From: the human T2T-CHM13v2.0 reference genome, Homo sapiens
Strand: one strand, 5' to 3'
Assembly: GCF_009914755.1 (NCBI RefSeq)
Contig: NC_060929.1
Length of the DNA: 64,000 bases
Part shown: positions 1 through 16,646 of the stretch, one piece after another
How positions within the stretch are numbered: the first letter of the stretch is position 1
Layout of the letters: every line of letters starts with the position of its first letter
The notes under the pieces: generated by a model
The model's input: only the letters and a program-made list of their open reading frames with translations
Told to the model about the DNA's origin: nothing
Databases searched by the model: none
Translations under genes and position numbers: made by a program

Positions 1-249
1 GGAGCAATCAGGCAGCAGCATTTGCCGTTCACCAAGATCCGCTGTCCTACAGCCACGACTGTTCTGCAGCCACCACTGCTGATACCCAGTCAAAAAGTGT
101 CTGGAGTGGACTTCCAGCAAACTCCAACTGACCTGCAGCTGAGGGTGCTGTCTGTAAGAAGGAAAACTAACAAACAGATAGGACATCCACACCAAAAACC
201 CTTCTTTACATCACCGTCATCAAAGACAAAAGTAGATAAAACCACAAAC

Positions 250-1263
250 ATGGGGAAAAAACAGAGCAGAAAAACTGGAAACTCTAAAAAGCAGAGCACC
301 TCTCCTCCTCCAAAGGAACGAAGCTCCTCACCAGCAATGGAACAAAGCTGGATGGAGAATGACTTGATAAGTTGAGAGAAGAAGGCTTCATACAATCAAA
401 CTACTCTGAGCTACAGGAGGAAATTCAAACCAATGGCAAAAGAGTTAAAAACTGAAAAAAAATTAGACAAATGGATAACTAGAATAACCAATACAGAGAA
501 GTCCTTAAAGGAGCTGATGGAGCTGAACGCCAAGGCTGGAGAACTACATGAAGAACGCAAAAGCCTCAGGAGCTGAAGCAAACAACTGGAAGAAAGGGTA
601 TCAGTGATGGAAGATGAAATAAATGAAATGAAATGAGAAGGGAAGTTTAGAGAAAAAAAGAATAAAAAGAAAGGAACAAAGCCTCCAAGAAATATGGGAC
701 TATGTGAAAAAATCAAATCTACATCTGATTGGTGTACTTGAAAGCGACGGGGAGAATGGAACCAAGATGAAAAACACTCTGCAGGATATTATCCAGGAGA
801 ACTTCCCCAATCTAGCAAGGCAGGCCAACATTCAGATTCAGGAAATACAGAGAATGCCACAAAGATACTCCTAGAGAAGAGCAACTCCAAGACATATAAT
901 TGTCAGATTCACCAAAGTTGAAATGAAGGAAAAAATGTAAAGGGCAGCCAGAGAGAAAGGTCGGGTTACCCACAAAGGGAAGCCCATCACACTAACAGCG
1001 GATCTCTCAGCAGAAACTCTACAAGCCAGAAGAGACTGGGGGCCAATATTCAACATTTTTAAAGAAAAGAATTTTCAACCCAGAATTTCATATCCAGCCA
1101 AACTAAGCTTCATAAGTGAAGGAGAAATAAAATACTTTACAGACAAGCAAATGCTGAGAGATTTTGTCACCACCAGGCCTGCCTAAAAGAGCTCCTGAAG
1201 GAAGCACTAAACATGGAAAGGACCAACCAGTATCAGCCACTGCAAAAACATGCCAAAATGTAA
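250..1263 (+). pseudogene. Disrupted L1 ORF1p
   Basis: ATG at 250 (MGKKQSRKTGNSKKQS); multiple stops and frameshifts; ends TAA 1261-1263. Confidence 0.9.
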
Positions 1264-1326
1264 ACACCACGGAGGCTAGGAAGAAACCACATCAAATAAC
1301 AAGAAAAATAACCAGTTAACATCATA

Positions 1327-5159
<3,833 letters not shown>

Positions 5160-5739
5160 GAACACATGGACACAGGAAGGGGAACATCACACTCCAGGGA
5201 GAGTTGTGGGGTGGGGGGAGGGGGGAGGGATAGCATTAGGAGATATACCTAATGTTAAATGACTTGTTAATGGGTGCAGCACACCAACATGGCACATGTA
5301 TACATATGTAACAAACCTGCACATTGTGCGCATGTACCCTAAAACTTAAAGTATAATAGTAATAAAATTTTAAAAAAGAGGTTTTTAATCAATAATTCTT
5401 TTTGATTGAGATCTACTTCTTACTGTGAGATTCTTGATTTTAACTTTTTCTTCCTGACAGTAGGCCCTTAATAAATATTTGTTGAATTATTTAATAATAA
5501 ATTCTACCTTTTGTACTTAACGGAGGGCCACAGGTTATCATGGTGCTTCAGTTTACAAATTTCATGAACCTAAATTTACTAGCAATTGTAAATTTACTAG
5601 CAGCTAATTGCTAGAATGTTTACCATTAACAATGTTGTATGTATTACTTATAGTGTGGATTGAAAAGTTCTTTTGTCATTTAACATTCATTTTGGAAAAT
5701 CTTAGAACTGGTGAAGTGTAATTTTAAAAATATTTATAC

Positions 5740-5905
5740 TAGATTAAGAAGACCTAAATTCACGCCCCAGTTTTTCCACTTTCTAGACCTATAGCCATAG
5801 GAAAATTTCTTAAACTTTCTGAATCCCCATTTTCTTATCCTTAAAATGAGGCCAATGAATTATAATTTCTCCAAGTCCTTTCCAGTTCTAACATTCTGGG
5901 AATCT
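5740..5905 (+). mobile_element. MIR3/MIR SINE, diverged
   Basis: Core-like ccccattttcttatccttaaaatgagg and MIR3-type end gtcctttccagttctaacattctgggaatct. Confidence 0.6.
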
Positions 5906-6226
5906 ACTGCAATAAATTACCTGTCCAAACTCTGTGTTATAAGCATAGAGTTTTGCAGCTAGACAAGATCAGTACCATGATAACAAATGTCCATAATAAT
6001 GACCTGAAGGCATTCTGAGATCCCAGATTGCCTCCTGAGTCATCCTAAATGTTCTAAGGTTAGCTTCCAATCTGGCCTAACCAAGAATTTGAAAACAAAT
6101 TTTTAAAGCCCATACCTGAGTTGTAACAAAGAAACAGGAGATATCTTTTTTTTCTCTTTGTTCCAGAACTATGCACTTGCTGATTATTAGCCCATGTTGG
6201 CCTTTTGAAGAATAAATCTCTACTCA

Positions 6227-6430
6227 GGCTTTGTTTGCAACTACTTAGTAATTACTGTATTAACAATAGTATTTCTATAACTCTAGTTATTCCAGGAGTC
6301 TTGTAATTACTGCTTACACCTAAAACTTGGGCTTTGTTTGCAACTACTTAGGAATTACTGTGTTAACAATAGTATTTCTATAACTCCAGTTATCCATAGG
6401 TCTTGTAATTACTGCTTACATCTAAAAATT
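6227..6430. repeat. Tandem duplication, 2 x ~103 bp
   Basis: ggctttgtttgcaactactta...ttgtaattactgcttaca repeated at 6227 and 6330, about 90% identical by eye. Confidence 0.95.
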
Positions 6431-6671
6431 ATAATACTGGGAGATTTTCTTGTCATCTGAAATACTTACTGCTCATCACATCAGAAATGCCATTGCTGGA
6501 GTCTACTATGTCATTACCTCCAAATGTTTGCTATTTGATTTACATTCTTGTTGTAGGAAGGGTGTAGACTACACAGGGCTTTGATAGGAAAAAAAAAACA
6601 ATTCTCTATGTAAGTATAGAGAAAAGGATACCTCACATCCTTCAGACCCCACAACAAACTTCCAAGTTTAT

Positions 6672-6708
6672 ACACACACACACTGACACACACAAACAGA
6701 CACACACA
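6672..6708. repeat. Imperfect (CA)n microsatellite
   Basis: Seen directly. Confidence 0.85.
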
Positions 6709-6895
6709 GACTTAGGGGTGGAAACTTTTTATTTTGCCATGTACAATTTTACAAAGCAACTATCTTTTGTAGCCATCATTTCATAAAATATATAGTAACA
6801 GCAAAATTTAGGAAAGACATAATATCAGAATAAAAGGCAATCCTTTACCTTTAATAAATATTTAATAAATATAAACACTATATTGGCTTTCTTGT

Positions 6896-6923
6896 GTTTT
6901 GTTTGTTTGTTTGTTTGTTTTTT
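6896..6923. repeat. (GTTT)n microsatellite
   Basis: Seen directly. Confidence 0.85.
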
Positions 6924-7233
6924 GAAAGAGTCTGTGCTCTATAACTCTCCCTGGGTCTCTGAACCACATAATGCAGGGATGTGTGAATCCTTTCATGATC
7001 ATGATGTATTGGTGACATGTGAATTTTCCACAAGTTGAGGAGGAAAAATCGTCAAACTGACAGAATTCAAAGTGGTCATCTAAGAACTTGGGACACGTGA
7101 GGAGAGAATGTCTCTAGAAGAAAATAAATGCAGCATTCTGTCATTCTGTAGACTTATTCTTTAGAGATCTGATTTGGTTGACTGCAACAACACCAACTCC
7201 ATAAACATACAGCCTACGTGAACAGTGACTACG

Positions 7234-7616
7234 TATCTTTGTTTGTGCTGCTATAACAAAATATCTGAGAAGAGGTAATTTATAAAAAATAGAAATTTGT
7301 TTCTCACAGTTCTGGATACTTGGAAGTCCAAGATCAAGGCATTGGCAGGATTGGTGCCTGGTAAGAGCTGCTCTCTGCTTCTGAGCTGACACCTTGTTGC
7401 TGCATCCTCTGGAGGTGACAAATGTGTCCTCACTTGGGGGAAGGGACAAAGGTCGCAACCCAATTTCTTCAAGTTCTTTTATAAGGACTTTAATCCCATC
7501 CTGGAGGGCTGCACACTCCTGACCTAATCACCTCCTAAAGACTCCACGTTGTAACACAATCACATTTGCAATTAAGTTTCGTCCCATGACTTCTGGAGGT
7601 CATTCAAACCATAGCA
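7234..7616 (-). mobile_element. ERVL-MaLR solo LTR (MSTD/MLT1A type)
   Basis: gctgctataacaaaatatctgag...tctcacagttctgga...gaagtccaagatcaagg; ends cattcaaaccatagca (reverse complement of TGCTATGGTTTGAATG). Confidence 0.85.
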
Positions 7617-7989
7617 CTATATTTTCTCTGTCTTCTTTTCTCCTTTCCTCCATGGATTCTTCATTGTCTCCCTTTTCTTCATCCTCTTCAAATAAGAATT
7701 ATGAAAAATGAGAGAAAGAGAAAAGGAAAGAGGATGGTGATACAAGAATGTATTCATCAATGCAATGTGTCAGGGGACACAGGGCTGCTATGGACATACC
7801 CCACCACTATTATCAAGCTATACACTATATTTTGCTTCTTCAACAATTCCAAAGGGACTGAAGCAAAAGTAAATAAATATAAATAAATAAAATTTACCAT
7901 TTGATATAACTGCAACATACTATATAGGAATGAGTGATTGTTGTGGAGGAAAGAGTATGGTTTTTATTTCAGATTAAGTGGCAAAGGCT

Positions 7990-10530
7990 TCTGAACAACC
8001 AATGGATCAAAGAAGAAATCAAAAGGAAACATTTTTAAAAAAAGCTTGACATAAACAAGAATGGAAACACAACATACCAAAACTTATGGGATACAGCAAA
8101 AATAGGTCTAATGAGGAAGTTTATATCAATAAATGCCTACATTAAGAAAAAAATCTAAAATAGATGACCTAAATTTACACTTCAAGGAAACATAAAAAAA
8201 CACACTAAGACCAAAGTTGGTAGAAGAAAGGAAATAATAAAGATCAAAGCAGAAATAAATGAAGTAGAGAATAGAAAAATAATAGAAAAAATCAATAAAA
8301 CCAAGTATTTATTTTTGAAAGGCAAACAAAATTGATAAACCTTTAGCTAGACTAACTAAAAAGAAAAGACAGAAGATTAAAATAAAATTTTCAATGAAAG
8401 AAGAGACATCACAAATGATACTAAAGAAATAGAAAGGATCATAAAAGACTACTATGAACAATTATTTGCCAAAAATTGAATAACCTATAAGAAGTGAGAA
8501 ACTCCTAGACACATATAACCTATTGAGAATGAATCGTGAAGAAATAGGAAATCTGAACAGACCAATAACAATGGTTATGAAAACCCTAAGAACTCTACTA
8601 AAAAACTGTTAGAAATAATCAATTGCATCTCTATACATTAGCAACAAAGTATTCAAAAAAAGAATTACTAAAACAATCTAATTCACAATTGCATGAAAAA
8701 ATTAAAAAGCAATTAAATTCAACCATGGTGATGAAAGATCTGTACACTGAAAATGATATTAAAATATAAATTAAAGAAATTGAAGAAGACACAAATCCAA
8801 AGATATCTTGTATTCATGGATTAGAGTAATTAATATTAAAATGTCTACACTACCCAACTGTTCTATAGATTCAATACAATCTCTATTAAAATTTCAGTGA
8901 CATTTTTCATGGATAGAGAAAAAACAATCCTAAAATTCATATGAATCCACAAAAGACCTTAGCCAAATCAATCTTAAACAAGGAAAAGAAAGCTGGAGAC
9001 ATTGCATCACCTGATTTCAAAATATACTACAAACCTGCAGGAATCAAAACAGCATGGGACTGGATAAAATCAGACACACAGACCAGTGGAAAAGAATAGA
9101 GAGCCCAGAAATAAATCCACTTATTTATTGTCAATTGATCTTCCACGGATCTGTCAAGAGCATACAATGGGGGAAAAACAGTCTCTTCAATAAATGGTGT
9201 TGGGAAAACTGTGTATCTACATGCAAAATAATAAAACTGGACCTTTACCTCATACCTATAGAAAACTAACTCAAAATAAAGACTTAAATAACTGTAAAAC
9301 TACTAGAGGAAAAAATAAGGAAAAAGCTTTTTGACATTGGTTTGGGAAATTATTTTTAAAATGTAACCCCACAAACACAGGCAATAAAAGCAAAAATAGA
9401 CAAATGAAATTGCATCAATCTAAAAAGTTTCTGCACAGTAAAGGAAACAATTAAGTGAAAAGAAAACCTACAAAACAGGAGAAAATATTTACAAATGATA
9501 CATCTGATAAGGGGATAATATTCAAAGTATATAATCAATTCAAACAAATCGATAGCAAGAATACAAATAACCCAATTTAAAAATGGATAAAGGCTGTAAA
9601 TAGACATTCACCAAACAAGACAAAAAAATGGCCGAGAGGTATATTAAAAAGTGCTCAACATCACTAATAATCTAAGAAATGCAAATTAAAATCAATGAAA
9701 TATCACTTCACACCTGTTGGAATGGCTATTATTAAAAAGATAAAAGAAAGCAGGTGTTGGGGAATGTGTGGGAAAAAGGAATCCTTGTACACTGTTGGTG
9801 GGAATGTAAATTGCTACAGTAATTATGGAAAATAGTATGAAGATTCCTCAAAGAATTAAAAATAGAACTACCATGTAATCCAGCAATCTCACTTCTGGGT
9901 ATATATCCAAATGAAAGGAAATCAGTATGTTGGAGAGATATCTGCACTCCTATCTTCATTGCAGCATTGTTCACAATGAACACACACACACACACACATA
10001 TATGAATATTACTCGGCCTTATTAAAAAAAGGAAATCCTGTCATCTGTCATTTGGGGCAACATAGATGAACCTGGATAATGTTATACTAAGTGAAATAAG
10101 CCAGACATGGAAAGAAAAATACTGATGATCTCACGTATGTGGAATCTTAAAAAGTCAAACTCATAGAAGGAGAGAGTAGAATGGTAGTTTCCAGGGGCTG
10201 GGGGATGGTGATAGGGAAAGAGGAGATGGTGGGCACAGAGTACAATTTCAGTTATGCAGGATAAACAAATTGTGGGGATCTAATATATAGCAGAGGGATT
10301 ATAGTTCACACTACTGTATTATATACTTGAAATTTGCTAAGATAGTAGATGTTAAATCTTCTCACCAGAAAAAAAAAAGGTAACCATAAGGTGATGGATA
10401 TGTTTTTTAGCTTAATTGTGGTAATCATTTCACAATGTATATGTATATCAAATTATCATGGGGTATGCCTTAAATATATACAAATTTTATTTGCCAATTA
10501 TAACTTTAATAAACAGGAAAGAAATAAAAA
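7990..10530 (+). mobile_element. Old L1 (L1MA/L1MB), ORF2 3' part with an internal deletion near 8570, plus 3'UTR
   Basis: ORF 9054-9269 ([23 protein letters not shown]); L1M-type 3'UTR ending caattataactttaataaa; ORF2 jumps from ccaataac to the region after FADD. Confidence 0.85.
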
Positions 10531-11224
10531 ACTAGAGGTAGTCCCACTTCTCAAAATGGGAGAATTATTGTAGAAAGGTGTCTAATTCAGGAAGAAGGGG
10601 AAAGAGAACACTGTGGAAACAATCATATAGTAAAAGATAATTGTTTGGGATGACACTATCACTCTTGGATGTAAGGATAATAAATAACAAACTTAGGCTC
10701 TGGCTTCATTCATCTGGTTGACTCATTAAGATGCAAACTCCAAATTAGAAAGTCAAACATAGGAACCAAGGTTCTGCATGTCTGTAATGCCTGTGCTCAT
10801 CCACAATACACAGTGTGCAGAACAAGGTCTCAGAAGACAATGGACACTGGGATCAATGGCCAGAGGACTAGTCTCATCTGACTGGATTGATAACAGACCT
10901 AAAATCTGTAGGCTCCAGGAGCTTCTTTTCATTGCTGGTGAAAAGCTCAAAAACTAAAGAATTGGCATTGACACCCAAGTGTTCTAGAGATTTTTGTCCC
11001 CTCTTTACTTTTATTATATGAAATATTTTTTTCTATCACCCTAACTCCTGTAATGGCTCTTCTTATATACCTCCTGCCACCCGGGAGTAGACATTAAACA
11101 AAGTTGTATCGTGGAATCCCGCAGAAACAGATCCAGTTTATGACTTCATTTAAGCTTGCCACAAGTTTAACGTCAGGTTTCTACTTCCAGCTTGAATCTT
11201 TCTCTTAGTGTTTACGTTAGGGCT

Positions 11225-11627
11225 TGATATGGTTTGGCTGTGTCTCCACCCAAATCTCATCTTGAATTGGGGCTTCCATAATTCCCACATGTTGTGGGAA
11301 GGACCTGGTGGGAGATAATTGAATCATGGGAGCAGTTTCCCCCATAGTGTTCTCGTGGTAGTGAATAAGTCTTATGAGATCTGATGGTTTCATAAAGGGA
11401 AACCCCTTTTGCTTGGTTTGTTCTCTGTTGTCTGCTGTCATGTAAGATGTGCCTTTTACTTTCTGCCATGATTGTGAGGCCTCCCCAGCCATGTGGATCT
11501 GTGAGTCCATTAAACCTCTTTTTCTTTTTAAATTACCCAGGCTCAGGTATGTTTTTATCAGCAGCGTAAAAACAGACTAATACAGCAAATTGGTACCAGT
11601 AGAGTGGGGTGCTGCTGTAAAGATACC
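11225..11627 (+). mobile_element. THE1 LTR (11225-11584) plus ~43 bp of THE1 internal sequence
   Basis: TGATATGGTTTGGCTGTGTC start, ACAGACTAATACA end, followed by THE1-int start aattggtaccagtagagtggggtgctgctgtaaagatacc. Confidence 0.9.
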
Positions 11628-12424
11628 TATTATACAGCAAATTATATATATGCGATTATATACAATAATTCAAAGTGATTTAAACAAAAAGTGAGATCCA
11701 CTGTTTTGTGTAAAAGGAACAAGGATATCTTCAGACAAGTCTTCATCTAGATAAAACTGTAATAAACAGTAACAAGCTTCTTCCTTTCTCTTCCTCCTGT
11801 CCTTTGAGATCCTGTCTTCATTCTCAGACTCTACCTAGTTGCTTCTGGAATGTCTGGGCTCTGCCCTTATTATAGAAATGGGTATTGAAGTTGTAAACCT
11901 CACTTCCTATGAAAGAAAGATATATTTTCCATTCCCTATAATGCCTACAAATATATCTTAACATCTTACTGACTCTAATTGGATTATTTGCCCAACATTG
12001 CAAAAATAATTGAGGACAGAAGATGGTATAAACTTATTAGCTCAATAAATCTGGGTAAAGTTAATCCCACTCAGACTTCATAGCTAAAAATGAGAAAGAG
12101 TACTTTGGGTAACACAAAGAAAGACTAAGTATTAGGGAGTAAATGAACAAATGTCCTTTGCATTCAGTTCTAGCTTTCTAACAGACATTTATTTACCTTA
12201 TTTCCTAACATTGCCCACAACTCCAGGTAAGACATTGTTCAAAAACAACTCTCATCTTCAGCACTTTTTTCTTGATTTTTGCTTAAAAAATTATACTCTG
12301 TGCATCTTTGGGGTCTTAACTCACAATTGACTTTTGACCTTTCTGAATCATATTTGTCTTCCCTCTCTCAATATTCCCTTAGTTCACTTTCTTCCCTAAT
12401 TATCTCATATACATTTTTTTATCC

Positions 12425-12760
12425 AAATAGATTGTAGTACATGAGAAGCTCAGGATACGTCTTACATCTTTTATACCCTCCTTCAGTGCAAAGTAGATTT
12501 TTAGGCACATCGTATACACTCAATAAATGATTACAGAATAAAGCCTATTATAAGTAACTAGCAATACATTGAGGCAAAAGAGCACTAGAAGAAGTGGAGA
12601 CCTATACTTTAGCTCCAGCTCATCTCTTGCCAGTTGGCCAATTTTGCACAAATTATTTGACCTAGAAGCCTCATCATCTAAAAAATAAGTAGATGTCTAT
12701 ATGTTGTGCCTATCTCATATTCATTTGTGGAATCAAATTAAATAAAGTGTTTTTCAAAGT
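12425..12760 (+). mobile_element. L2 3' end followed by a MIR fragment
   Basis: L2 tail-like gcacatcgtatacactcaataaatga; MIR-like aaagagcactag...ttgcacaaattatttgacct...catctaaaa. Confidence 0.5.
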
Positions 12761-13011
12761 AAATAACAGAGAAATTCAGAGGAGAATCCGACAATAAATT
12801 CTGAAGTATTAAGAGTAGGGTGTAGCTGGGCTTTTAAGTATGAATACCCCTAGAATAAGAAGCAGGAGAAAAGATAGTGTTCCAACTAGGGGAAGGGTAG
12901 GAGGACCAGAAAAAGGTCAGGAATAAGCACAGCATTGGAGGAGAGCAAGTCCTTGAATTATCTTGGCAAATCCAGCTCTTCCCCCTCTTCCTTGTGATTT
13001 TTCAGACAGAA

Positions 13012-13440
13012 TGTACTAAGAACGTAATGTTCTCAGATAAGTAGAAACTGTTCAGAACAGCTTAAGCTTTGTCCTCGTCCCTTTTAGAATAGCATATCTT
13101 GTGACACAACCCAGTTCTCCTGGAATACAAAACCCATAGCAGAATGCTTTGAGGGTCTCATAGATGTGATGTGAAGTGGGGCATGTGCAGATGAGATTCC
13201 TTCAACCCTGGGAACCTTTCCTGAGCCTTAGGTGAACAGCTTGTCTATGCATCCAAGGCTTCTGTTAATTCTTGCTACTTACCTGTGAGTAACAAAGTTG
13301 TGTTGCCTGACTTGTGCAAGTCTTTTGTCTCACATAACACACGCTCTGGCATCTGGCTTAGTACAAAATTTCCTGCCAGATCTAAGGACCTTGGCAAAAA
13401 TTAATGAGGTATTTAGAGCCTTCACCTGGAATTGGTAACT
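13012..13440 (+). mobile_element. Possible ancient ERVL-class LTR
   Basis: TGT start, ctcagataag motif, degenerate polyA-signal-like aacaaagtt near 13291; family not securely recognised. Confidence 0.35.
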
Positions 13441-14238
13441 GGTGAATCATATTTCCCTCCCAATGATTGATATTGATGCATATTATTCTAATTAATAAGC
13501 ATTTTCCCTCAACCACAAATTAAAAAAAAAAAAACAGCCTAACCAACACATCCTTTTCAAATGAGATTGACAAAAAGAAGCCTTTTGTTTTACCCATTTT
13601 TAACAGTTGGAAATATAAAATTTACCATCCGTTTCCAGTCAATTATTGACTCTGGGTCTCTGAAATATCAGAAGGAATTAATTTAGGCAAAGAGAAGTAG
13701 CTATTGCCAGTAAAACCAATTATAATCACAAAATCACAGAATCATAGAAGGGAAGGAAGAATAAGAACATATCTGGTTCTTACCACCTTTAGTCAAGAGA
13801 ATCCCTCAACTTTCCAAATAGACAAGAAACCAACTTTTAATGGCTATAACATTTTACAGTCTTTTTTAGATGTCAATTCTCATTGTGTTATTACATTCAG
13901 TATTAACATATAAATGCATTTTGTTGGCTCAAAACCACAACCTTAATTTTGAAAGAGACTAATTGAAACTGAGACCTAAAGCTTGAAATCTACCAGACAG
14001 AGGTTCTTTGTGAAAATAACTGTACTCCTAACACCTAACTCTTTCCACTGCTTTAACCTCTCATTGTTAGCCTGTGGTTAATGTAAACTTGATATTCCTG
14101 AGAGGAATCTAAAATACCCAACAGGATTATTACCTAACAATAGGGTCAAACAGGAAAACACATGGAATTCATTAAGATAAGTTTCAAATCCCTGGCCATT
14201 TGACTCTCACAAACAAATATACACAATTATAAAAATAA

Positions 14239-14472
14239 GACCAGCCTGGGCAACATAAGAATACCTCATGTCTACAAATAATAACAATAATAATAATAAA
14301 ATTAGCTGGGTTTGGTGGCACACATATGTGGCCCCAGCGACTAGGGAGGCTGAGGTGGGAGGGTTGCTTGAGCCGAAGTTGTCGAGGCTGCAATGAGTCA
14401 TAATTGGGCTAATGTACTCCAGCCTGGGTGACAGAACGAGACCCTTGTCTCAAAATAAATACATAAATAAAT
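14239..14472 (+). mobile_element. 5'-truncated AluJ
   Basis: agaccagcctgggcaacata, (AAT)n linker, AluJ-type right arm ggagggttgcttgagcc, (TAAA)n tail. Confidence 0.9.
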
Positions 14473-15911
14473 CACAACATCTGCAGGACACCAGTATACT
14501 TTCTCTCATATTTGAGCCATTTAATTTTAGAAAGTGAATTATAAGAGTTATTGTTGATGAGTTTAATAATCACATAACTGTCTCTCTGCTCAATAATCAG
14601 CTGTAATATTTCCTTCCTTAATGCTGCTTACTGTACACAATTGTGAACTGAAAATTTTTATAAATTTTGTCTTTATAAGTATATAAAGAAGCACTATTTA
14701 TGTGCTTATTTCTGAGGAGTGTAATACCAATGATAAAAGGAAGAGCAATTATATTGGAGGACTATATTTTCTCAATATTTACCTTTAAATGTGTGACATT
14801 TAAAGAGATTTCCCTAATAAAATGATTTTTATTGTTAGTAGCAATGTGGAGAAAAAACATCCTACTTATTGTTGTGCACATAGTGCAACTTTTATAGGAA
14901 ATGATTTAAATATTTTTTTAAATTTATCTAGAAATCCCACTGTCAGAATTTTACTTTACAGATAGACAAAACTGTATGAAAATATGAGCAGAAGGATTTC
15001 ATTTCAGCTTTTTTGTAGTTGCAAAAATAAATAAACAGCAACAACAAAACAGCAAATATTAAAAGCAACTGTTCCATCTACAGGGGACTGGCTAAATAAG
15101 TTAGGGCATACTATCAAAAAAAATCCACCATGGAAAATAAAAGCAAACATAATATTTCAAAAGCTCTCCAAAATACAGGCTCAAATGTAAAATTCAAAGT
15201 GCAAAACAATGCATATAACACGATTTATTTTCTGTAAAACAACTGAAATAATATGTAGGTAGATACATCTCTATTTTCTTTTTTCAAAAAACTGGAAGAA
15301 TTCAGAAAAAAATTTTTAAAGATTACCTTAAAGAAGCAGAACAAGAGAAAATGTAGAAAGATTTTTAATGTTTCTAACCCATAACTTTTCATGTGGCTTT
15401 GTTCCCTATCTGTGTATGTGTACAGTTGTATTATTGCTTTTATTGTTTTAATTCTAATCATATTTTTGTATAGTGAGATTCAAGGTTGTAATTGCTTTTC
15501 ATTTGTGCTATTATGTGATTTTTAAAAATTATGACTTATAGATACATGTTTTATTTTACACACACAAAGAAACTGGAAATTATGACTGCTTAGGGCTTTA
15601 ATCATTATTATAGCAATGGGTATGAGATTTTTAGGAGGGGAAGATGTTGCACGTCATGTTTCAAAATTATTTAACTATAGAATCTTTTTTTAAAAAAATC
15701 CATAGAGATCAATATTTCATGCATGAAATGTTAGAAAATTCTGACTTCACTGATCAATAAGGTGTCAGTTGAATCAGCTCCTTGTGATGATTGTGGTGGT
15801 GGTTATTAATTATAGAGAACATGATAAAATTTAGTTGATTTAAGTCCTATAAGTCCTTTTACCTTGACTCTTATTTTATACCAACTAAATGTATAATTTT
15901 CTAGTTTAGAG

Positions 15912-16130
15912 CAGAGTCAGCTTTTCTCATAAAGGAACAGATAGTAAATATTTCCAGTTTTGTGAGCCATATTATCTCTGTTGCAACTACTCAGCACTGC
16001 CTATATGGAGGGAAACCAGCCATAAACAATATACAAACAATGGGGCATGCCTGTGATCCAATAAAATTTTACAGACAAAATCAGACAACAGTCTGGATTT
16101 GATCCACAAGTCATAGATTTTAAATTCCTG
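15912..16130 (+). mobile_element. MER58A (hAT-Charlie non-autonomous DNA transposon)
   Basis: cagatagtaaatattt...tctctgttgcaactactca...ccaataaaa...ggatttg..cctg matches recalled MER58A. Confidence 0.85.
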
Positions 16131-16254
16131 ATTTAACATTACTTTTCATGTATATTGTCTAAACTAAGAATAAAATATTTCTATAAAGCTGTGGTATGCT
16201 GCATCATTTGATAATACACTCTTCAACAAACTAGGTAACTCTATTTACACGAGC

Positions 16255-16375
16255 ATAATTCTCATGGATTGCCTACAGCTGAGAGCTGCCAGCCTGCAGC
16301 ATTCTCAGCAGTTGGGAGAAAAATTCCTTCAGTCCTAAAAGGGAACTGTGGACATTAGACAGCATTTACTAGGAC
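16255..16375 (-). mobile_element. LTR16-like ERVL fragment
   Basis: cagcattctcagcagttgggag...ttccttcagtcctaaaaggg...cagcatttacta resembles the LTR16 terminus. Confidence 0.4.
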
Positions 16376-16646
16376 TCATCTCTTTAACATAGATATCTGA
16401 CTCTGATCACTATCATATTTACTTATGTATTCAATGCTAGAACATACCAAAAATAGTTTTAAAATTGCCAACTCACCCCACTGGGAAGGTTGGAGAAGGA
16501 AAACTAGTAACTAGAGTTCCATATTGGTTTAGCTGTCTTTTTAGTCTTAAAGTATATCGTGAATATATTGTGTTCAAAGGTCACTTGTGTTATTTCTTTC
16601 TCCCCCCTTCAGTGTGTTTATGGTATTCATTTGAAATACACTTCTT

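Noticed and set aside
5571-5614. 14-bp direct repeat taaatttactagca with a short inverted ctagcaatt/aattgctag
   Set aside because: Too short and AT-rich to distinguish from ordinary micro-duplication
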